Below are positions 52,478-61,477 of a DNA stretch of 64,000 nt, piece by piece. The notes under the pieces were generated by a model. That model was not told the origin of the DNA and searched no databases. It saw nothing but the letters and a program-made list of their open reading frames with translations. The stretch lies in contig CAMUML010000020.1 in assembly GCA_947089855.1 (NCBI GenBank), positions 140 through 64,139 of the forward strand, read 5' to 3'. Position 1 is the stretch's first letter; every line of letters starts with the position of its first letter. The position numbers and the translations under genes are program-made. Source of the stretch: an uncultured Eubacterium sp. Its GTDB lineage: Bacteria; Bacillota; Clostridia; Lachnospirales; Lachnospiraceae.

Positions 52478-52675
52478 ATTCCCAGCCTATCTTGTATTTT
52501 CATTAAATTCACTATTGAAAAGCCATTTCTGGACAGTTCCTTAAGTTCATGACACTGGTTGTATAAACTTAGCGGCCTCCCGTCAGGCTTTGCGGAAAAA
52601 AAGATGCCGCAGCACCGCCACGGCATCCACAATTTTATCACCTACTCATAGCATCTGACATGCCGCCTGCATCCC

Positions 52676-53548
52676 TTACCCTTTTACAGCGCCCGACATA
52701 CCGTCTACATAGTATCTTTGCAGGAACATAAACAATCCCGCAATCGGTATCGAAATCAATACGGCGCCCGCCGCGAAGCAGGTATACCAGTTGTCAATGT
52801 ACTCTTTCTCAAGCATCCTCCACAGCCCAATGGCAACCGTATAATAATCCGCATTCGCGCGGCAAATAACCTTCGCAAAGATAAAATCCACCCAAGGCCC
52901 GGTAAACGCGGTCAAAACTGTATACACAATCACCGGCTTACTCAACGGCAGCGTCACCTTCCAGAAAATCTGCCATCTCGTACACCCATCCAAAAGCGCC
53001 GCCTCATCCAAAGAGATTGGAATCGTATCAAAGAACCCTTTCGCGATCTGGAATCCCAGGCCCGCGCCACCGGAATAACAAAGGATTAATGACAGGCGGA
53101 TTAAGCCGCCTTCCGAAAGCCCCAGAGCTTTCAATATAAAATATACAGCCACCATAGACATAAATCCAGGAAACAGCCCGAGAATCATAGCCATATTCAT
53201 ATACGGCTTGCGCATCTTAAATTTCAGCCTGGAGAGGCAATAAGACACCGCCAGCGTATAAAATGTAGCCAAGATACAGGAACATACCGCAATAAACAGT
53301 GTATTCATAAACATTTTTGGAAAATTAAGCAGCGTCGTATCTGTGAACAATTTGATATAATTGTCGATCGTATAGCTCTGTGGCAGGAACGTAGACACAT
53401 AGGAGCCTTTTTCCGCACGAAAGCTCGTAAGCACTACCCAGAAAATCGGGAATATCCAGATCACAGCCAATACTGCCAGCACCACATATACAATGGTATT
53501 TGTAATAATTCTTTTCTTCGATGCTGATTTGTATTTTTTCTCTGACAT
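52676..53548 (-). CDS. Maltodextrin-type ABC transporter permease (MalG-like)
   Basis: EAA loop KGFFDTIPISLDEAALLDG; six TM segments. Confidence 0.9.
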   Translation of the reverse strand: MSEKKYKSASKKRIITNTIVYVVLAVLAVIWIFPIFWVVLTSFRAEKGSYVSTFLPQSYTIDNYIKLFTDTTLLNFPKMFMNTLFIAVCSCILATFYTLAVSYCLSRLKFKMRKPYMNMAMILGLFPGFMSMVAVYFILKALGLSEGGLIRLSLILCYSGGAGLGFQIAKGFFDTIPISLDEAALLDGCTRWQIFWKVTLPLSKPVIVYTVLTAFTGPWVDFIFAKVICRANADYYTVAIGLWRMLEKEYIDNWYTCFAAGAVLISIPIAGLFMFLQRYYVDGMSGAVKG

Positions 53549-53550
53549 AT

Positions 53551-54920
53551 TTAAAATCCTCCTTCTTCTTTGTAGGATTTACTATTACGGTAAGTAACCA
53601 GCGATACGATCGCTAATATCACGAACGTCAAAATACCAATTACCGCACCCACATTATAATACTGCTTATCTATCGTCAGCTTATAGAGCCAGGTAACAAG
53701 CAGGTCGGTGCTTCCTGCCGTTGATGCCAGATCCGTGACTGGATCACCGCCGGAGAGCAGGTAAATAATGTTAAAGTTATTTACATTGCCGGTAAAAGTC
53801 GCGATCAAATAAGGCGTTGTAATATACAGCATATACGGAAGCGTAATCTTGGAAAAAATCTGCATCGCGTTCGCGCCGTCCATCTTGGCAGCCTCATATA
53901 ATTCACCCGGAATATTCTGCAGCACGCCGGTCAGCTGCAGCAGCGTATAAGGAACGCCGACCCAGATATTAATTACAATTACCGTCACCCTCGCCCACAA
54001 AGTATCCGTGAAAAACGGCAGCGAAGCATCCTGCGCAATCCATCCCAGATTGCGGAGCAGTACATTGACCGCACCGTCCGGCTGAAGCATTGTCCTCATA
54101 ATCAGCAGCGATACGAAAGAAGGCACCGCACAAGATAATACGAAGCAAAAACGCCAGAAGCCCTTTCCTTTTGTCTCCCTGCGGTTAATGACCAGCGCCA
54201 GTATCATGCCGAAGATATAGTTTGAAAATGTAGCAAAAAATGCCCAGATAATCGTCCATAACAGCACCGACCAGAACGTACTTCCAATAATACTGCTGGA
54301 ATCAAACAATGAAATAAAATTTTCAAGCCCTACCCAGTCAAACAGCACCAGATGACTGTCAATTTTGCTGTAATTCGTAAATGCCATACAGATCATAAAG
54401 ATCAGAGGCAGCACCGTCAGGCCAAAGATAAAAATCAGCGACGGCGTCATTAACAGCTTATGTACATTTTCATGCAGCAGCGTCTTCAGATCTTCCATAA
54501 AAGTATTGACATGCTTGCCTTCTTTGTCCAGACATTCCGCTTTGTAAGCGCTGCGCAGCGTATCCCGCCAGAATGTAACCATCAAAATCGTAAGCATGAC
54601 CGTCGCTACGCCATACAGCAGGATCAGTATCGAATTATCCCCTTGCGTATATTCATAAATCTGGAGGGCTTCGTTCCAGTATTCCTCCTGCTCCACCGTT
54701 CCCAGCGACGGCAACATCGCCAGACAGTGAAAGCCGCCCACTATCATAAATACCAGATACGCAATTTCTACCGCCAGATAGCATACTCCCTTTGCCACCT
54801 GCTTATGTACTATATTACCAAGGCCCATTATGGCCATTGACAATTTCGTTTCTACCCCCCCCGTTCGATTGCGGCCTTTACCGTATAAGGGGTAGGAAAT
54901 TCATTCACTCTTTTTTTCAT
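53551..54920 (-). CDS. Maltodextrin-type ABC transporter permease (MalF-like); probable true start 54920, frameshifted at a G8 tract as sequenced
   Basis: ELYEAAKMDGA EAA loop; GAGGAG RBS and ATG at 54920 read MKKRVNEFPTPYTVKAAIERGG-stop; one extra G joins this to the downstream frame. Confidence 0.85.
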
Positions 54921-54942
54921 GATCTGCACTCCTCATATTCAA

Positions 54943-56181
54943 TTATAAACCTTCGCTGTTCATTGCATCATGCATTGCCTGCGTCTGTTCTTTGGAATTT
55001 TCATGAGTAATCGTTTTATTACGTATGCCTTTCCCCATATTTTCCACAGGAGTCCAGCAGTTCGACATCCTGCCTACCGTCGGCTGCAGAATCGAAGTCG
55101 AGTTAAATGTATTATTCTGGGCGGCTACCAGCAGATCCCCTGCGATCTCCGGATCTGCCAGCAGCTCCGTATTACAAGGCACAACTGTCTCCAGCTCATA
55201 ACGCAGCTTCTGTGCTTCGGCAGATCCAAGATAAATTGCGAGCTGGATAGACGCCACCATATGCTTGGACTTTGAATTTACTCCGATTACCTTCGAGCCG
55301 GCATAAGACATCATCTGCTTTTCCTCACCGTTTAACGAATACGTCGGCAAAGAAACAACACCCATATTTTCTCCAAGGATGCTTTCCAGATTCGCCGCTT
55401 CCCAGGAACCGCTGAACATCGCATTGATGCTGCCGTCACGCATTCCGGCAATTCCAGAGCCATCCGCGTCCACTACAAAATTTGGATTCGCCAGCAGATC
55501 GATCAGATAATCGGTAACTTCCTCTGCTTTTTCACCCTCAAAATCCACGCCAGCCTCTTCCACTGTTCCATCTTCAAACAGCGTACAGCCATTTCCGATA
55601 TAGAAGGACGGCAAATACCACGAATTCGTAAACGGAAACGACACAACACCCTTTTTCAGCATGGTATCCAGATTTTTCACGTCCTCATCACTGAAAACCC
55701 GCTTGTCATAAAACATAAACCACGTGTTCGTCGTAAACGGCACTCCATAAATATATCCATCCACACGCACGGAATCTGCCACTGCCTCTGAATTGGTCTT
55801 TATAATCTCCTCTTCATAGATGCCGCCAAATTTTGCCGCTGCCTTGGCATCCGTCAGTGTCGTAACATTATCGTTCGCATACATAAACACATCCGCGCTC
55901 GCCTCTGGATCCTGTGCCACTGAATCCGCTGCGGTTGCCTCATCCGCCACGCCATACACAAAATCGATATTGTACTCCGGGTGCTGCTTGGCAAATTCGT
56001 TACAGCAGGTCTGAAGCCATTCTCCCTTGTCTTTGGACTGATCGCCGGACGGCGCCCAGACCATCAGGCGGATATCCTCCACTTCTCCTTCCTTTGGTAC
56101 TGACTGTTCGGCCGAGCCGCATCCACCCATTGTGGATATTCCCATGACTACAGCCAACAGCATTGCTAATTTTTTTCTCAT
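54943..56181 (-). CDS. Extracellular solute-binding lipoprotein (maltodextrin-binding family)
   Basis: Lipobox 'MGGC'; ADVFMYAND and YGVP....TWFMFYDK motifs. Confidence 0.9.
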   Translation of the reverse strand: MRKKLAMLLAVVMGISTMGGCGSAEQSVPKEGEVEDIRLMVWAPSGDQSKDKGEWLQTCCNEFAKQHPEYNIDFVYGVADEATAADSVAQDPEASADVFMYANDNVTTLTDAKAAAKFGGIYEEEIIKTNSEAVADSVRVDGYIYGVPFTTNTWFMFYDKRVFSDEDVKNLDTMLKKGVVSFPFTNSWYLPSFYIGNGCTLFEDGTVEEAGVDFEGEKAEEVTDYLIDLLANPNFVVDADGSGIAGMRDGSINAMFSGSWEAANLESILGENMGVVSLPTYSLNGEEKQMMSYAGSKVIGVNSKSKHMVASIQLAIYLGSAEAQKLRYELETVVPCNTELLADPEIAGDLLVAAQNNTFNSTSILQPTVGRMSNCWTPVENMGKGIRNKTITHENSKEQTQAMHDAMNSEGL

Positions 56182-56462
56182 AGCTGTTCTTTCCTCCTTC
56201 AAAAAGTTTCGCTAAGTTTCGACATGCTTATATGATACTACAAAATTTCTAAATAGTAAATATATTTTTTACAAAAAATTTTATTATTTTATATCTTATT
56301 TATTACTTTTTCCTATATTTTAACATCTGTATCCCGAAACTAAGCTAAACACATGCATTTTCGGGCCAAGATGTGAAAAATAACAAATTATTGCTTTTTT
56401 CCTACATATTTTGTATAATATCGTCAAGATTTAAGCTAAACATGCTTGGGAGGAGAGTTTTT

Positions 56463-57461
56463 ATGCCAACAATCAATGACATTGCCTCCAGACTTGGCGT
56501 TTCCAAAAGCACCGTCTCAAAAGCCCTAAACCACGCAGATGACATTAGTGAAACCCTGCGAAAAAAAGTTGTGGAAACAGCCGTAGAAATAGGCTATGAA
56601 AAAAACCGCGTCCGCAAAAACGAAGCGCAGAAATTATGTATTTTAATCGAAAACATGGATTACAAAAACCCCACAGGTTTCGGACATGACCTTGTCTTAG
56701 GGTTTGAGCAGATGGCAATTCCCGCTGGCTGGGAGGTAGATAAAGTCGCCATCACAACGGAATACCAAAGACAAACCTCTTATGATACATTCATGCTGGG
56801 CAACCATTACTCCGGCTGCTTCATCCTGGGCTTTTCCCTGAAGGAGCCCTGGATGGAAGACCTCAAAACATCCCGTACGCCTGCAGTACTATACGATAAC
56901 TATATTCCGCAGAATCCGCTGGTAGCCTATGTGGGAGTAGACAGCCGCGAAGGCTATCATATGGCGGTTGCCCGCCTAAAAAGCCTCGGCCATACAAGAA
57001 TCGGCTATCTGGGCGGCGGCATGGAATCCTTTATCAGCAAGGAGCGCTATCTCGCATACCTGCACGCAATGGAAAAATACGGCCTGAAAACCGATGCCGG
57101 CCTTACCGGATATTCTTACCATATATCAGAATGCGTCAGGCAGTATCTCCCTGTCTTGCTGCAAAACCATGCCACCGCTATTTTATGTGAGCATGACCAG
57201 CTTGCGAATGCCGTCATGATCCATTGCACAGAGCTAGGCCGCCGGGTTCCGGAAGACATCAGCATTATCGGATTTGACGATGCCGCTTTCAGCGCCTATA
57301 CTACACCGCCGCTCACTACGATCCGCCAGGATCAGAATGCGCTCGGCCGCTGCGGTTATTATGCTCTTACCAGCCTTTTAAATCAGACCCATATCGGCTC
57401 GCTGCTGCTTCGGGCAGAATTCGTCGAACGAAGCTCCATCGCAAAAGCAAAATCTGAATAA
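56463..57461 (+). CDS. LacI family transcriptional regulator
   Basis: TINDIASRLGVSKSTVSKALN, VPEDISIIGFDD and PPLTTIRQ motifs. Confidence 0.93.
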   Translation: MPTINDIASRLGVSKSTVSKALNHADDISETLRKKVVETAVEIGYEKNRVRKNEAQKLCILIENMDYKNPTGFGHDLVLGFEQMAIPAGWEVDKVAITTEYQRQTSYDTFMLGNHYSGCFILGFSLKEPWMEDLKTSRTPAVLYDNYIPQNPLVAYVGVDSREGYHMAVARLKSLGHTRIGYLGGGMESFISKERYLAYLHAMEKYGLKTDAGLTGYSYHISECVRQYLPVLLQNHATAILCEHDQLANAVMIHCTELGRRVPEDISIIGFDDAAFSAYTTPPLTTIRQDQNALGRCGYYALTSLLNQTHIGSLLLRAEFVERSSIAKAKSE

Positions 57462-58114
57462 TGCTGTTATGCTTTGATTTATGGAAACAGCAAGATGCCT
57501 TTTGCCTAGAGATATATTGATAATTTCTGGCATTTTGCTGATATTATTTATCTGTTTTGCGTGACAAAATTATATTAAATTAAGCAGAACTACAGGAAAT
57601 ATTCAGATATTCAAATGACGTGGAAAGTATAGTGCAGCTGCTTTATGAAAGTAACAAATTTGCAAAAAATCAATATAAACAATTCGATATTGAAAAGGGG
57701 CTGTTATGTGCAAAACTATTTCAGAAATCATGCTGAAAATGATTTTGCTTATTCATTATACAGGGAAAAATAAAACTACAAATAGAAAAATATCAGATTT
57801 GTTAGATGACAACTGCCTGGTAAATTCAGGTGAAATGAATTTATTAGTAGAAAATATCTATGTAAATTTTCATGGCTGTAATTGTATTTCTATCATATTG
57901 TCAAAATCTTATAAAAGCCGGAACCCTTGCCTGGACAGGATTCCGCCAATCGAATTACAACGGCCAAACAGGCAGCAAGAATATTCAGACCATTTACCTA
58001 CACAGTTTAACTGACATTCCCGCTTATGCCTGGCCTTTTTTCTTATCCTTATTCACAATTAATCATTCATGCCAATTATGCTTCCTATCTATATCCAAAA
58101 CCACATAAATCCTG

Positions 58115-60151
58115 TTATTTACTATTGGCTATCCCAATCCGCTCCATCCCTTGGTAGCGCCCCAGGCCATGTTCTCTTAGATACGCGTCCGAATATGCAT
58201 CCGAATCCCATACCACAAAATAGTCACAGCCTGCTATTTCGCCCTTTTTTTCCAGAAAATCTTTTTTGGTTACCACGGCCATATCTGAAGTCCATAATTC
58301 ATAACGCATCAGGTAAAACAGGTACCGCCGGTCGTCATCCGTGCCGTTGCAGTAGACAAAATAGGACTTCCCTTCCTGCAGCCCATCCCTTTGTATCATA
58401 TTTTGCAGGCTGCACCGTTTCGTCTTTGCAAAATCAGGCTTTTGAACCAGCGTAGGCAGGCTTTCACGCCCCTGCCAGAGCAGGCAGGCGGCCAGCAGCA
58501 CGACCAAAGAAATACCTGCCGCCGCTGTTTTGGAAAACCCCCTGGCAGTTTCCATAATAAAAATTACGATGACCCCGTAAAGAAAAATCAGCACAGACAG
58601 CACATACCGGTCATAGCTGGCCAAATGCAATGCTTCCCCTAACGGCATCGAAAAAATATACATGCCAAACATCGACACGGTATATAGCCCAAAGCATCCC
58701 AAAACCGCTGCAAACATCCGCGCTGCCCGGCCCCTATCCTGCCGGTTTTTGCACAGCAGGGTTAAAAAGGCTATAAATACCGCTGTAAAAAAAAGCAGCA
58801 TCCATACTTCTATATTTTCAAACGACAAAAACCGCCCGGCCATCTGCTGTGCGATCTGCAAGACATCCGCTTTCGTCTTCTGTGAAAATATATGTTCAAA
58901 ATTTTCAACACTCATAGAATGCTTGGCACCCATGCCGTCCGGAAACACAAGCGCTACATGCCGCTTCCAAAGCAGCAGCATCCATACTGGCAAGCCCAGG
59001 CTGGCTATAAGGAATGCAGGCAACCGTACCTGTTTTCTATCTGTGCGGCCAGTTTCCGGCCGCTGCCCGCCACATGCCAATGCCTCCCCTGGCTGCTGCC
59101 TGCTTTGCGCCAGTACGTTCTCTAACTGTGGCCCGCCTTGCGCCAGTACCTTCCCTGGCTGTGGCCCGCCTTGCACATGCGCCATCCCGCGCTGTTTTGC
59201 CCCTTTGCGTACATAGGCAACCAACACCAGGAAACAGGCCGCATAAAAGAAAATACCGCTGTTTTTCATATTGACCAGCAGCAGATGCAGCCCGCAGGAG
59301 CACCATGCCGCCCTGCCCAGATCATCTTTATAATAAAAAATAATGGCAAACGCCGCAACGCCCGCCAACGGAAGCAACGTATCTACACGCAGTTCATAAA
59401 TGCTGTTATTGGCTGTCAATGCCCACAAGCTGTATAAAAAAGCAAGCAGGCCCATATACCAGTTCCTTTTTTTGATAAAAACCGTTAAACAAAACAGGAA
59501 ACTTATCAGCATAAATAACTGCGCCCATAACAGGCAGGCATCGGTAACCCCTACGATACGGCAGATATAATAAAGAAACAAGGAACTGCCCAACGGATAG
59601 GACTGGAACCGGATGACTGCATCCTGAAAATTCGGCATCCGGCCCTCCAGCAGCATATCTTTTACAACAGTAGCCCAATGGCTGAAGTTATCGTAGCTCG
59701 TATAATGCGTCCCCCGCAGCAGCCAGGCAAAATAAACGGATAGAAAAAGAAAACCCACATACAGCAAAATACTTCGCCGGTCCAGCCGGATTTCATATTT
59801 CCCTGCCAGCCTGACGGTTCTGCTGCCAGGCTGGCCCATTTGGCCCTTTGGCCTGCTACCTGCCAGCCTGACGGTTCCGCTGCCAGATAACTGACCGTAT
59901 CCTTCCTGAACGCACACCTGCCTGCGCAGCGCCAAAACCAGCAGCACAATTCCGCCTGCCCATACCATACCTGCGGTTTCGGGCAGGAAATTTAAAATCC
60001 CGCCCATAAACATCAGGTTGCTTGTCCATGCACAAAAAAGCGCCGGGGCAAATTCTGGCCGTATCCGGTATTTTTGCACAGCAAACAGCAGATAGCCCGT
60101 TACCGACAGCATCAGTATGAGAAACTTCGCCAACAAAATAGCCGTACCCAT
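58115..60151 (-). CDS. Polytopic membrane protein, probably a GT-C-type (GtrII-like) glycosyltransferase
   Basis: Many TMs; 'YDNFSHW', 'SYPLG', 'VD.LL' and 'KNSG' motifs; translationally coupled to the GT2-GtrA gene. Confidence 0.6.
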   Translation of the reverse strand: MGTAILLAKFLILMLSVTGYLLFAVQKYRIRPEFAPALFCAWTSNLMFMGGILNFLPETAGMVWAGGIVLLVLALRRQVCVQEGYGQLSGSGTVRLAGSRPKGQMGQPGSRTVRLAGKYEIRLDRRSILLYVGFLFLSVYFAWLLRGTHYTSYDNFSHWATVVKDMLLEGRMPNFQDAVIRFQSYPLGSSLFLYYICRIVGVTDACLLWAQLFMLISFLFCLTVFIKKRNWYMGLLAFLYSLWALTANNSIYELRVDTLLPLAGVAAFAIIFYYKDDLGRAAWCSCGLHLLLVNMKNSGIFFYAACFLVLVAYVRKGAKQRGMAHVQGGPQPGKVLAQGGPQLENVLAQSRQQPGEALACGGQRPETGRTDRKQVRLPAFLIASLGLPVWMLLLWKRHVALVFPDGMGAKHSMSVENFEHIFSQKTKADVLQIAQQMAGRFLSFENIEVWMLLFFTAVFIAFLTLLCKNRQDRGRAARMFAAVLGCFGLYTVSMFGMYIFSMPLGEALHLASYDRYVLSVLIFLYGVIVIFIMETARGFSKTAAAGISLVVLLAACLLWQGRESLPTLVQKPDFAKTKRCSLQNMIQRDGLQEGKSYFVYCNGTDDDRRYLFYLMRYELWTSDMAVVTKKDFLEKKGEIAGCDYFVVWDSDAYSDAYLREHGLGRYQGMERIGIANSK

Positions 60152-61269
60152 TATGCCTTTGCCTCACGGAATACCCAATTTTGCTGGACCTGAAAACTGA
60201 TCAGGAACAGGAGCGTATCCACAAACAGCTTGGCCGACAGTTCCGAAAAATACGCATACGTACAGAGCATCCAAACAAGCAATGCGGAACAGCTGAACTG
60301 TACGATGCAAAGCGAATAATATTTAAACAGGGCCTTTTTCCTGTTTGCCTCATTATGGCGGAACACAAGGTCCATATTTACGGTATAGTTATACAAAGAA
60401 GACACTGCCCGCGCCGCCGCTGTCGCAATTAAAATCTTTGGCCCTACCGCCAAAAAGCCCAGCATAAAAATCAGCATACTGTAAATGCTGTAATCAATTA
60501 GAAATGCCGACAAGGATGCCAGCGTATATTTAAAAAATGTGGAAAAGATCAACCGGTAAATTGCAAACGAATCTGCCAGCGGCCGGAAATGCGTCTGGCT
60601 GTTTTCATTGATATAAACGGTCTGGATACCAATTTCCTGAATCGGCGTATGGGAATGGAGCGCTTCCATTAGCATATTTGTTTCATATTCAAACCGTTCC
60701 CCTGCTAAGGTCAGATAACTGGCAAGAAATGGATTTGGAATGGCGCGCATCCCGGTCTGGGTATCGGATATAGCCCTGGAAAAGTTTCCTTGTGCCGGCA
60801 GCCCTTCCCGGTTTGCGCTGCCAATCAGCAGCCCCATAACATTCCTCGTGATTTTATTTCCAAACCTGCTCTTAAATGGAACCGATGGGTCGTCGAAATC
60901 CCGGACTCCAAGAATCAGCGACCCTGGTGATTCTTTCAGTGCATTGTCCAAGCGGACCACGTCTTCTAACGTATGCTGCCCATCCGAATCGACCGTGATC
61001 ACGCCGGAATAGTCTTCGGCGTATTTCTGGCAATAATAATTAAATGCATCTTTTAACGCCCGGCCTTTCCCCATATTTACCGTATGCACCAACAAATCGC
61101 ATTCTGGCATGGAATAGGCGGCTTCGAAAACGGATTTTGATTTTGGACTGCTGCCATCGTCAACTAAAATGATTTTTTGAAAACCATTTGAAATAAGGTC
61201 TTTTATGTACCCGACCAATTTTTCATCTGGATTGAAAGATGGAATAATCAGTACTGAATTACGGGACAT
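60151..61269 (-). CDS. Bifunctional GT2 glycosyltransferase / GtrA flippase (start MSRNSV)
   Basis: IIPSFNP, VDDGS, N.GKG.AL, DSDGQH, DTQTG and RFEYE motifs; C-terminal four-TM GtrA. Confidence 0.92.
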   Translation of the reverse strand: MSRNSVLIIPSFNPDEKLVGYIKDLISNGFQKIILVDDGSSPKSKSVFEAAYSMPECDLLVHTVNMGKGRALKDAFNYYCQKYAEDYSGVITVDSDGQHTLEDVVRLDNALKESPGSLILGVRDFDDPSVPFKSRFGNKITRNVMGLLIGSANREGLPAQGNFSRAISDTQTGMRAIPNPFLASYLTLAGERFEYETNMLMEALHSHTPIQEIGIQTVYINENSQTHFRPLADSFAIYRLIFSTFFKYTLASLSAFLIDYSIYSMLIFMLGFLAVGPKILIATAAARAVSSLYNYTVNMDLVFRHNEANRKKALFKYYSLCIVQFSCSALLVWMLCTYAYFSELSAKLFVDTLLFLISFQVQQNWVFREAKA

Positions 61270-61437
61270 AATATAATCACTCCTTTTTGTCTGTTTTAAA
61301 CTCCCCAATATCACGTAGAAAACAGCCAAGCAAGCCATTTGCCGCTATTTTCTACAATCCGTATTTATTTTATATTAAACAAGCTGATATTGCAATTTCG
61401 ATATACGAAATTTTTTCTTAAGATTTTATGAAGAAAA

Positions 61438-61477
61438 GAAAAACGGTACCGCCGCAATTGGCGATACCGTTTCTTTT
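61438..61477 (-). terminator. Terminator after the large surface protein gene
   Basis: AAACGGTACCGCC...GGCGATACCGTTT stem with A/T flanks. Confidence 0.65.
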
